Assembly (NCBI GenBank): GCA_001687465.1 | Contig: LVLI01000234.1 | Location: 1 to 64,000, forward strand | From: Halocafeteria seosinensis | Taxonomy: Eukaryota | Direction: 5' to 3' | DNA: 64,000 nt | Part shown: in pieces, positions 11,964-22,937 of the stretch | Layout of the letters: every line of letters begins with the position of its first letter | Numbering within the stretch: position 1 is the stretch's first letter | Notes under the pieces: generated by a model | What the model saw: only the letters and a program-made list of their open reading frames with translations | What the model was told of the DNA's origin: nothing | Databases searched by the model: none | Program-made: the position numbers and the translations under genes

Positions 11964-13297
11964 ATGATGGGCATCTTACGGCGCCATGGGCCTCCTGTAG
12001 GGTCCGTGGGAGGCTGTCTGCTGGTCCTTTTTCTGATCTGGACGCTCTCAACGGCGCTCATGGCGCACGCCACGGGTAATAATCAACACGCCGAAGATGC
12101 TGGACTCTCCACGGGGTCTGTAGCGTACCTGCGCAAGACTGGGGAAGGGTCTCCTGACGCTGAGGAGCAGTCCTCCGAGGGAGGACCGACGGAGAAGCAG
12201 TTAGATAAGACCTTTGATAAAATCGATTCGGACAACAGTGGGAAAATAGACCGCAAGGAGTTTAAATGGTTCGCCAGGGGCAACATTGAAGGGGTATGTG
12301 TGTGTGTGTGTGCAGTATGCGTCCAGTTAAAGACAGCGGGACAGAGTCCCTCTCGTGCAGCTTCCTGGACTTCCCTCCTTGGGTGTCCATCGATTCTGGG
12401 ATGCTCTGACCTCTAGTATTGCCATGACGATCGTCACGGAGTTAGGCGATAAAACCTTTTGCATTGCCGCTATCATGGCGATGCAGCGCTCGAGGTACGC
12501 TCCATGCATCCCCGGCTGGGATTTTCCGTCGTCAATGGACCAAACTTCCTGCTCGCAGATACGCCGTCTTTATTGGAGCTGCATTGGCTCTTGTAGTAAT
12601 GACGGGCTTGTCCGTGGGAATCGGCTACGCACTACCGGCATTGTTGCCCAAGTTTTATACCCATCTGGCCAGCATCGTGTTATTCGTTTATTTCGGGCTC
12701 AAGCTCTTATGGGACGCACGCAGCATGTCCACAGGAAGCAATGCCGAATTAGAGGAAGCTGAGGAGGAACTTGCAGCCTCTTTCAACAGTAATTCGTCGA
12801 CACCCAAAAGCGAAGAAAAGGATATAGAGAATGCTGGAGCACCGTCGCATAAGCGAAAGTCAAAGCGGAATGCCGAGGAACCGAAATCACCCGAGGGAGG
12901 ACGTGATAACAGCCCAGCAGAAGAAAAAGCCAACAGTGGTGGAAATGGGAGATCAAATTCCCCCGATGAAAAGAGCAAGGAAAAAGTAACCCACGAATCC
13001 ATTTTAGACTACCTGAAATTTCATTGGGCAACACTGACATCCCTGTTCACTATGACATTTCTTGCCGAATGGGGAGACCGCAGCCAGATTGCTACCATAG
13101 CAATGTCTTCCTCCAAAGATCCTCTTGGGGTAGCGTTGGGCGGTGTGATCGGCCATCTAGGCTGCACTGCAATAGCTGTAATAGGAGGAAGAATCCTGGC
13201 GAGCAAGATAAGCGAACGTACGCTATCCCTGTGTGGTGGTGCTCTCTTCCTGCTATTTGCCGTCCTATCGATACTACAAGGACCTCAGGAAGAATGA
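11964..13297 (+). CDS. GDT1: GDT1/TMEM165 (UPF0016) Ca2+/Mn2+ transporter with N-terminal EF-hand
   Basis: Exons ~11964-12293, 12361-12494, 12559-13297. Two family motifs ELGDKT and EWGDRS, acidic central loop (ELEEAEEEL), signal-like N-terminus and EF-hand loop DSDNSGKIDRKE. Confidence 0.92.
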
Positions 13298-13817
13298 TAC
13301 TTTTGGTGTCACGGTCGTGGTGGGCGAGTTGGTGGCGTCTTAGTTGCTTCGAGCAGGCGACCTGCCATGTAACCTACAGTTTGATTACTCCGCCGAGGTT
13401 TAGATTCCACGGCCTTGGGTAGTACGTGCCAGCTAGGGCACTTGCACGAGGATAAACACCGATTTACACATCCACACAAATGACCTCTCTAGAAGTACTG
13501 TGGTACAACCCGGTGTAATAACCGTCGGCTAAATTATCTGACAGCATCGAAAATACACAAGGTCCAACATATTCTAACTTTCGATTTCTCAACCCCACTG
13601 AATACACGCCCCCTTTAATGAAGCCGGCGCATTCATGTTGACTAATTCAATGCCGTTGAGGTACATGAACTGCGCTGCTAGCTTCCTAGTATTGCATAGG
13701 GGAACCCAAGCATTGTCGGTATACCTCCTGCATTTCCGTTTGATAATTTTGGATGATACAATAAACTTTGTGGGGAGTAATATTGCCTTGTATGCATAAA
13801 ACAGAGGGGAAGGTGGC

Positions 13818-16800
13818 ATGGATAGCCTATTTGAGTTTTTGAGTGCTCACCAGCAGGAGCAAGATCTCCCCGATAATGACACCTCTGAGGCATCCACAGC
13901 TCCACGATCACATACCAAGGATAAAAATGACCATGGAGAGGCCAATGCGCACGATGAGGAGTCTTGGGAGTGCCTGAATGAAGAGGAAAAGGGTGGTAAA
14001 GTGTCCAAACAGCTCGTCTTTGAGGACGAAAACACGGCCGATGCTCCTCAATACCAAGGTAATACGAACAAAAACGCTGGCCAGGCCTCTTCATCCTCTG
14101 CTGCTGCTGATGCAAAGCAGCCACAGGATAGGCAGCATGAGAGAGAAAGGAACCCGGTGGAGCATTCAAATCAGCGTCTCCCGGAGGAGGACGAAGGAGG
14201 AAGCACCAGAGGAAGAAGATGATTCAGATGAAATTTTCAGCTCACGAGAGTACCACGACGCGTATTCCTACAGCATCGAAGATGTCGACGCGTTCCTGAA
14301 ACAGCACGGGTTTGATGTTGATTCGGCCAAAGCAGCAGCGGCAGCTTCAGCAGCCCAAGTTTTTGAAGAATACTCCTTCGTTCGAGAGGATAAAGATAAT
14401 GAGGACAGTCCGGAAGAGGAGAGTCACCAACTCCATGAAGCGCAGGATAGTTGGCTATCTTCCACGCGGATAGTGCACTCGGTCGGAAACAAGGAGACCA
14501 CCAGCTCGGGGGCTAGTTCGACTTACCACCAGCACCAGCACCAACAGAGTGAGATATTTACGTACATACAGGGAACCACGACAGCATCTGGGCACAGTAC
14601 CGGGAGGGAGATGGAAACCGTAACTAGTGACCATGGGCAAGCGGATCTCAACGACGTAAAGCCTAACACCCGGATTGTACATAATAGCACCGGGCAGCAC
14701 CACGTGGACGCGACAGGGTTGGATTACGGTACAACCCATAGTACCTCGGACCAAAATATGACGCGGGACACGTTTCAACTCGGAGAGGGTGAGGACAATT
14801 TCTCTGGGAGAGAGGGGTCATGGTCTGAGCACGTCCCCGAGGCTGGTATACAGACACACTTGGAGGTCGATCGAATGTTTGGGAGACCGGATGTCGACGG
14901 TGCTCAAACTCAGACCTCGGTGACACAAACATACGAAGACACCAACAGGACGGACGACCATCAAGAATCAAACAATGCTGCCCACGATTCTAGACATTGT
15001 AATGCAGATAAAGAGCTGGTCGTCTCCCGCTCTGTCTGGGAGAATCTAAACGATTTAATAGAAAATCATGGGTTTACTCCACTTCCGCTGGGTGACTCCC
15101 CCAGTCATTATAATGAAGACGAGACATATGGAACCATAAGTGAAAGTGATGTGGTTGATCTACTTCGACAAGTTTTGGAAGAATATGCCGCAGCTGGACA
15201 GAGTATTCAAGACGCTGCATTGTCCGGACCTGATCGTGACAGCGTAGTCCGCAATGCCTCCCGCCAAAACTCGTCTTCTTTCGCGAATGAACGTGACTTG
15301 CAAACGCTACAAAAACAGAACAAGGACTTGGAAAATAAACTACGAGTAGCGAAGAAGGAAAAAGAAAGGAATGTCGGGCGACTACAAAATGCCCTGGAGC
15401 AGCGGGAGCGCGCCTTGGCTGCAGCGAACCGGCGAGTTCAGATGCTGGAGGACGAGTCAACTGCAGGAAAGCAGGCTATGGCATCGAAAAGTGAAGAGCT
15501 CAAGAATCGCGTTGCCAAGTTAGAAAAAGAACTCCAGGAAAGGGATACCCACATAAAGCATCTCAAGGACAAAGCAAACTCTTCGACGAGAAAGCAAACA
15601 AATTCCGAATCTGATGCGACGGATATTTCGACCCTGAAACATTCTCTTCAAGAGGCACGAAACAACATTGTCGAGTGCAACCGGGAAATCGACTCTTTGA
15701 AAACCACATTGCAGAGGAAGTCCGACGAACTTGAGAGGACGAAATATGATCTGTCTAACCAGCTTCATACATGGAGGCAGCATGCTACGACAACGGAAAA
15801 TCTGTTAAAGGAAACAATGAAACAACTGAAGCTGACTGTAAGGTCCCACTCCGAACTTATCTCCAAAAGGGCGACCGGCGGTGATACGTACGACGATGCG
15901 CGGTCATTGGCACGAGCAGTGGATGATGTTTGCCAGGAATATAAGAAACAGCTTACGGAATACAAGCACGCGGCGACGAAGAATAGCCACGTGAAACCAT
16001 CCCCAAAAAATGACGAAGATGCTGAAAAAAGGCGTCTTCGTGACAGAGTACAATCAGCTGAAGCCGAACTGGAGACGTTCAGAAATTCGAATGCTCGGCT
16101 GCAGAGTGTCGTAGACAAATACGAAGATGTGTGCGACTTTGCTCAGAAAGCTACAGGAAACACGGCTAGTAACGATGCGAACCTAGGTCCCGAAACGCTA
16201 CTATCTTCGATAAAGTCCATGCGCAATAAGATCAATCATCTCCTTGAAAAGGAAGCTCATCTTGAACACAGGCTAAGTTGGCTGAAAAGCTCGACAACTC
16301 AACATGATTATCCTGCTAGTAGTGGTAACCCGCGTGCCCAGGAAGCAGTGCACAGCGACTGCGCGGGTAACGAGACTACTGTAAGGACTAAGTCGGAGGC
16401 ATCTGAGGTGAAAAGGCTTAAACGCCTTCTTCGGCAGGCGGAGGCAAAATGTAAGCGAAAGGAGTACGATATAACCAAATTAAAGAGTCAACTTTCTGTG
16501 GCTGTGCGACGTAGCCAAGGGCTATGGAAGAGTGGGAACGAAAATGTACAGCTAACCGAAAGCCTAAACGAGTCAATTGGAGATCGGTTTCAGGAATACT
16601 CTATTGAAAAGGTGTCCGGCGTTGAAGAGACCAAAGAGAGTACCCAGAGTTTTCCGGTTTCAAATAGAGGATCAAAGGATTCTGAAATTTGGAAACAAAA
16701 TGACGAGCTCAATAAGTCACTTAGACTTGCATACGCTCGAATCGAAGAGAAGGACAAAGAGATCGACAACATCAAAGATCAACTTCAACGCGACAGAAAC

Positions 16801-18644
16801 AAATTGCATGCGATTAAGGAAAAAGACCAGAGATCTTTACATGAAAACTGGGGGAATTATTCCGAGGGTGCCGTTTTGTCGCCTGCGACTTATGAGAGAC
16901 GTATAGAGAAGCTGCAAGGAGAAATATCTCATCTGCGAGGTATGAACAATGCGTTGACCGACGCTTTGACCCGCCATGAAAACCAAAGTAGTAGACGGCA
17001 TGACGTAAATTCGACCACTGACTCCGATGCAAATACGAATTCGTCGGCCCACGCCAAACTTATAGATGTCGGTCTCGAAACGCAGGAGGGCGACGGAGAC
17101 CAGTTCCCCCATCTTCGAGCTAAGCGCCTAGAACAATCCCAAGTCTCCTTAGTAAGTGCCTCTTTCTTCTTTGTGGTGGGGGAGGAAACTGAAATTTTCT
17201 GCATTTTTTTGTTTCCGATCAGGTTGAGGAAATACGAAGATTGAAGCATAAGGAACAATGTATGGAGAAAGAGCTTGAAGAAATAAAGAATAAGCTACAA
17301 GAGTCGCAGAGTAAAGAAGCCGATCTCCAAGAGAAATACGACAACGTATATCTGGAGCTTGAATCGCGACCTACCATTAACGCATGGCATGAAGCCCAAT
17401 CGCAGTTGCAGAACCTTGAGTTGGAGCTAGAAGCAGCTGTCGAACTTGGAATCCAACGCGAGCGTTTACAGGTAAGTATCCATTTCCTTCCGTGGAAAAC
17501 TTTATAAGCCACATAGTCGGTGTCTAAATTGCAGAAACGGGCAACTGAGCTCCTGAGGGAGTCCAAAGACAGACGGAAGCTCACGTCGACTAGAGTGTTG
17601 ATAGCGAAAGATAAGAGAGCGCATGAGCTAGGCCTTAAGCGAACACTTGAGAAGATGTCTGATTCCAACGCGAGGCAAATTTTGAAGGACTGTTGTGTGA
17701 CCCTGTCGATCGATGACGCTGAGGCGCTTCCCGCGGCTGTGCGATCGCTGAAAGCGGTAACTGACGCTATTCCCAAAATTGAAGGCTTTACTATGGAAAT
17801 ATGTCGGCTTGTACAGCTTTATAAGGGTAAACGGAATGAATTGTTTGAAGAATGGAAGCAATTTTTTAATTCGCTTAGTCGAGGGCACAAGACAATCAAC
17901 GTTCCACACTTTCAACGTAGTTCGATAAATTTTTCAGCGGCTGCTGGATCGGATACCTTTTATGAGGTCCTGACTCAAGTCGGTGACATTCTCAAGGATC
18001 TTGATTCGTTCTGTGTGAAAGAAGCGTTTGCTTCAGTGTTGCTAACGGAATCTAAAGACTTGCAGCTTGTGCAAACCATCACTTCTTCTGATCAGTTAGC
18101 AGACCAGGGGCATATTTTGCGGCAAAGCCCTTACATGAAATTTATTCAGGAATCAGATAGACTGTTCTCCGCGTTGCAGTATGGTAATTCTCTTTATGAC
18201 TCTATGCAAAGACACGAGGCTTTGTTTAACGCCGCTGAGGGTGCACTTAAGGTAACTGATTGACAGAAAACGGCGCTTCTAACTTTCAATGACTCGGGGT
18301 TTGTACATTGGTATTACTATGCAGGAAACTGAAGGAATGGACTCTAGGATTGAGCTCTTGCAGAGCATTATACTTTACTTCCAGCAGTTGTTTGGGGTTG
18401 ACAGTCTCCAAGGCTGCTTTAGCAGTATGAACGTAAGCAATACCTGGACTAAACCTCGCTGCCAAGCCTCGGCATAAACACGTTATCCCTTCCTTCTCTT
18501 TTTTCCATCGTCGTGCAGTCACTGTACCAGTTCCATGAAGAGATGAAGAACTTCCTTTCTTCACTAAAACGCTCTCTTGGGAAAGAAGCAGAAGACGACA
18601 GTTTGCACCGGCTCATCGAGAGAGTCCAAGAATTGCGAGAATAG
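13818..18644 (+). CDS. Long coiled-coil centrosomal protein, CEP70-like
   Basis: Main ORF to 17151, then exons 17223-17471, 17535-18251, 18325-18432, 18519-18644. Extended heptad coiled coil. C-terminal YFQQLFGVDSLQGCFSSMNSLY...EMKNFLSSLK resembles the CEP70 C-terminal region. The 5' end is uncertain because of a frame change near 14050-14200. Confidence 0.65.
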
Positions 18645-18702
18645 ACCGAAGGTTAATATCGATAGAATGATGCCATACCTTCTTCTAATAGTACAGGTTG
18701 TA

Positions 18703-20067
18703 CTATATGGATATTGTAGCCCCCTCAGGAAGCTTTGCCTCCCTAACAGCTTTGGACCCAAGGCACAAGGCTCGGGGTTCTTCCTCGAATGTAATACCAC
18801 ACATGAGACTCCCGTAAGATGAAATTTCGAAGAATTGCATCGGATGCCGAAGACGGGGACCCCCGATACAAGTGATTTGGGACATTATCTGGATGAGGGA
18901 CATCGTAGTGGTTGCTAACGCATCGAAGCAGCGATGGACTAGCTACTTACGTTGAGAGCGCATACGGCGTTGTCGGCGACGGTAACTTGTGTAAAGTCAC
19001 CCTCGTAACGAGAAATGAGATTCTGATTTTGTGGGTCCCTGAACATACGTCCCCAACATTGCAAACCTCCTTTTATATCCACAGCACAAGCAGTCGCGCC
19101 ACCGTGTGATATTTGGACGAATTGTCCTCCTGGGTACTGATGTGCGTTCTGTATGACACTTAATTGATGGCACAAATGCTTGATCTTCCCTGAATCTGAG
19201 TGTAATAGAAGCTCACCTTTCTCTCCTGACCCCAACACTCGATTTCTCCCGATGACAAGATACCACAGATTCCGTGCTGCGGAAACAAGTAATGTACACC
19301 GTTTTAACTTTTATCGTTCTTCAGCTGTACGTTTTCTGCGTACATTATTGGCACTAATTTGAACGAATGTATCGTTTGGTCGAGAAGTGGGATCGACCGA
19401 AGTCGATCCTGTATCATCATATACAAAATCGGGAATGCCATTCCACATGTTTAGAAGGCAGACCATATTCACCCCACGTACTAAAGCATCGAACTCCTCC
19501 TTCTGTTGTCAATCCACAAAAGAAAGAATCCGCGGAGGTAACCTGAATATACTCCTCGTTCTTGTGACCTCTCTCGGGATGAGGTACTCTACCCCAGCAA
19601 ACGATTCGGCTATCCAGCGTGATCCCACAGACGTACGCCTTGCCCGCACTTATTTGCAAGAAAGTCTGCACCTATGAAACACACGTACCAACGTTCCATC
19701 TTGACACACTTTTGACAGCGCGGAATGAGCAACCTACCTCTTCTGGTATTTTGTCATCCAGATGATAATCATAAATTCCTTGCCCCCAACAATGCGGGTT
19801 TCCCCCAAACACCATATCATCACCCTCTTCCTCGTCGTCAGTGCTTTCACTCGTAGTATTGTAATTCACAAGGACACAAGCGAAGTTCTTACCCACGGTC
19901 AACGTGGTATCATCAATGTCATGGTAGAAATCCTCCTCTAGTGTCTCATAAGGAATTTCCATTGTGCCTCGTTTGAAACGGGTCACACCGTCATGTCCAA
20001 ATCCATTCACCACAGCGCACATGACTAGCCATGTGAGACCACACAATGCTACAATCCTTGGCATCAT
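18703..20067 (-). CDS. Secreted RCC1/BLIP-II-like (crinkly-type) beta-propeller repeat protein
   Basis: Signal peptide MMPRIVALCGLTWLVMCAVVNG. Multi-exon (first intron 19737-19672). About seven repeats of F/Y-x-Q-I/V-S/T-x-G...C-G/A...G-x-x-x-C-W-G, e.g. FLQISAGKAYVCGITLDSRIVCWG and FVQISHGGATACAVDIKGGLQCWG. Confidence 0.8.
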
Positions 20068-20491
20068 GCATACGATCGTGAATGACCCTTATATATGTAC
20101 AGGAAAACAACGAGAGACGATGCGTTAGCCCCAGAGAAAACTGATATCTTGTGGCCCGTTGCAATACTGTATTTACCTTACCTACTAGGCCATATACACA
20201 AAGAAAGGTAAATATATTATAGTCTGACAATGTCAATCATTCACATGTCCCTATTATACGAAAACAGGCTGCCAGCCGCTGGCTGCTGAACTTCAACCAA
20301 GGACCAGGAGGAACCAATTTGGAGCGGGAGGAAATGGGAGAAACATGTATGTCACAATAACACTGATATGGTGTATTTTAATCATGGTATTATGGTACTA
20401 GTTCCCATGAGTCATCCTCTACGTTCACTGCACAGATGGAAGAGCTGTTGCCCGATCATCGAATAAATGCTCATTGAGTGTAATGACGAAT

Positions 20492-22447
20492 TTAGCGATG
20501 ACTTGCGTCAACAACGTTCTTCACATACAACGACTCAGTTAGGGCATTCTGCGAGAGACGGTGTAGCTCAAATTCATCTACTTTAGTTTGAATCTCCCCG
20601 AGCTTACTAAGATCATGGAGTACTCCCATCAGCCGTTCCGAGGCCGGCAGGAGTCGTTCCATCATGATTTTTATGTTGTCTTCCACATCTTCATCGTCCC
20701 CAGTCGCAAGGCATATAGCAAGTGCGGTGATGATCCCAATAGCGAGAATACCATGAGCAGGCACAGAGTGATCTACAATGTGGTCAAAGTCACAATCATC
20801 TCGGCATTCTCCTCGCGAGCAGACTGCCAGCTTTGCAAGACCTACTACCATGCCCAGTTGAAATTCAGTCTCAGGACCTCTGCCGAGCACAGCTGATATA
20901 TAGTCAACGGCTTGTTGCACCAGATTACGCTTACTCCGACTCCCACGTTTTAAGTTTCTTTCCGAAAACTTCACTGAGGCGTATGCTATCAAAGCCTGAA
21001 GCTCGCTGCGGTGGCTACAACTATCTGATCTACAATAAGAGCAGACGGAGCCCATACAGTCCGCAGATCGTTCGATGAGCTGTCTTTCAACACTTTCGCT
21101 TAATCTGTTGGGCCCAGACGCAAATACCGCTTTGGACATATACCTATAGGCACTCTCTAGCTGCTCCTCCAGTCGCTTAAAATGGGGTAATTTAACTTCG
21201 CTAATTTCACTGAAACTTGTTCCTTCCGAAGAGACCGAACGGAAATCCTCCATTCCCGACGAGCCGAGACTGTTTTCTGCTCTTTGACGCTTGGGCGTTT
21301 GCCGTGGCGCTTCCGGGTGAGAGGACGCAGAAGTCTTCCTGGAAGGAGAGTTGCCACTTTTTTTCTTATGACTCCTGGGAATAGATGAGGCAGTTTTCGA
21401 CGAAGCTTGCGCGTTCGAGATATTTTCTGTCGGTTGACGGGGGGATTTTCGGTATCCACTCTGGGTTTGACTAGAAGATGGTTTCTTCGAAGAAACAGGT
21501 GGTGGCAGGGGTGTGATCGCGCTCAAGGGAAGAAGCATCGGACGCAGTTGATTCGCCATTTGGGAACGACAGTCCCGACACAATGCATGGTTTTCCTCGA
21601 TTTCACCCTTCAAGACATTCTTCACCTCTTGGCAATGGAAACAGAGGCGGCAATCCCACGGCGCCCACCCTTTCCTCTCGGAACGCTCCCGTATCATTTC
21701 GAAGAACTCATGAAGAAGCGGAACAGTGGTCCGCACGTGAACAACCGTGTCGGCCTTCGACGAAGCGATCCTATCGTCAACGCCTTCTACTCCTTCGCGG
21801 GAACCGACCCGTACCCACTTGAGCTCGTCGTAGCTAAAGTACCACTGGCCATCACTGGTCTTCACATTTCTCAAGGAGGAAGCAGGTAAGTCGGCGAAGG
21901 AATCCTTCGAGAACTTCAGCAGATGACAGGTTGCACATCGGTCACCGTTGACTCTCCCTACCATGTATTTCTCTTCTGCTCTGCAAACTGAGAAGCACAC
22001 CTGACACCAGAAGTAACTGCCGCTACCCTCCAGTCTCTTGATCAGCTGCAACCCGGCATTCTTCGGAAGCATATCCCGCTTACTTCGAAGACTGAGCATT
22101 GTGGCAATGTGAACAGCGTGGCCCTCCCGAGAGCCCAACCTGGGGAAGGTTACCTCGTGCTCCTCGTCCAGGTTAGGAATCCACGGCAGGGGAACCGACT
22201 CTGGCGGATCCGTTGTGACCTCGGTGGCCTCGAGGGTTGCAGTCACACCACTGTTTTGATGCCCATCGAACTCCTCGTTTGCACTTCCTTCCAAATGTTC
22301 GCCTGTTAAATGCATGGGCGGTCCATCCATTGGAAGGGAGTCAGGTGCGTCCGCCTGTCTCGGTGCCGCAACTGCAGAAACTGGATTTGCTTTCCATGCC
22401 GGAAGCAAACGCCCATACGTGAGTGGGCCTCCTGTTCTGTCACCCAT
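20492..22447 (-). CDS. Intronless orphan protein (651 aa) with two putative C4 zinc fingers, an S/K/P-rich linker and a helical C-terminal domain
   Basis: Uninterrupted 651-codon ATG-initiated ORF. CQVC-x19-CATC and CFHC-x17-CRDC, further CSYCxxxxCxH. No family recognised. Confidence 0.7.
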   Translation of the reverse strand: MGDRTGGPLTYGRLLPAWKANPVSAVAAPRQADAPDSLPMDGPPMHLTGEHLEGSANEEFDGHQNSGVTATLEATEVTTDPPESVPLPWIPNLDEEHEVTFPRLGSREGHAVHIATMLSLRSKRDMLPKNAGLQLIKRLEGSGSYFWCQVCFSVCRAEEKYMVGRVNGDRCATCHLLKFSKDSFADLPASSLRNVKTSDGQWYFSYDELKWVRVGSREGVEGVDDRIASSKADTVVHVRTTVPLLHEFFEMIRERSERKGWAPWDCRLCFHCQEVKNVLKGEIEENHALCRDCRSQMANQLRPMLLPLSAITPLPPPVSSKKPSSSQTQSGYRKSPRQPTENISNAQASSKTASSIPRSHKKKSGNSPSRKTSASSHPEAPRQTPKRQRAENSLGSSGMEDFRSVSSEGTSFSEISEVKLPHFKRLEEQLESAYRYMSKAVFASGPNRLSESVERQLIERSADCMGSVCSYCRSDSCSHRSELQALIAYASVKFSERNLKRGSRSKRNLVQQAVDYISAVLGRGPETEFQLGMVVGLAKLAVCSRGECRDDCDFDHIVDHSVPAHGILAIGIITALAICLATGDDEDVEDNIKIMMERLLPASERLMGVLHDLSKLGEIQTKVDEFELHRLSQNALTESLYVKNVVDASHR

Positions 22448-22920
22448 TTTCAGTAAACCGCTATTTTTTGGTTAATATCCCGTGTAGCCCGGTGGGTCAA
22501 GTAGGTTCGCTTCCTGGAAGTGAATTACACAGTAGGGTGACGCCGGAAAATGGACTCTTTCGGACGTATCAAACACGTTTTCTCTACCGGCAGCAAGCGC
22601 GGAGGAGCGAGTATGTATCAAAGAAACAATTCCACCCAGAAAAGTACCGGCGGGAGCTATGGGTGGTCGTATACCCGACTGTATCTATGTTGGGTCCCAG
22701 AGGTCACTACACCTTCAAGACAAAAAGGAAAACAAAGGGGGCCCGGGAGGGGGGAGGGATTTCTCAACTGCCGGTAGGGCTCGGACGCTATATTCGCACG
22801 TCCGAACTCGGCCGTCACTACGAATAAAGCAGTGGCAACGCTATTACACACTAGCTAATGCGGATGAACACCCACCCCGCGAAACAAACCTCGCGTACGG
22901 CCACTAAGTGTTTTGTTTCC

Positions 22921-22937
22921 GGTTAGGCCCTAACCCT
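22921..22937. repeat. Short inverted telomere-like motif GGTTAGG-CCCTAACCCT
   Basis: TTAGG abutting CCCTAACCCT is read directly; it is very short. Confidence 0.35.
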
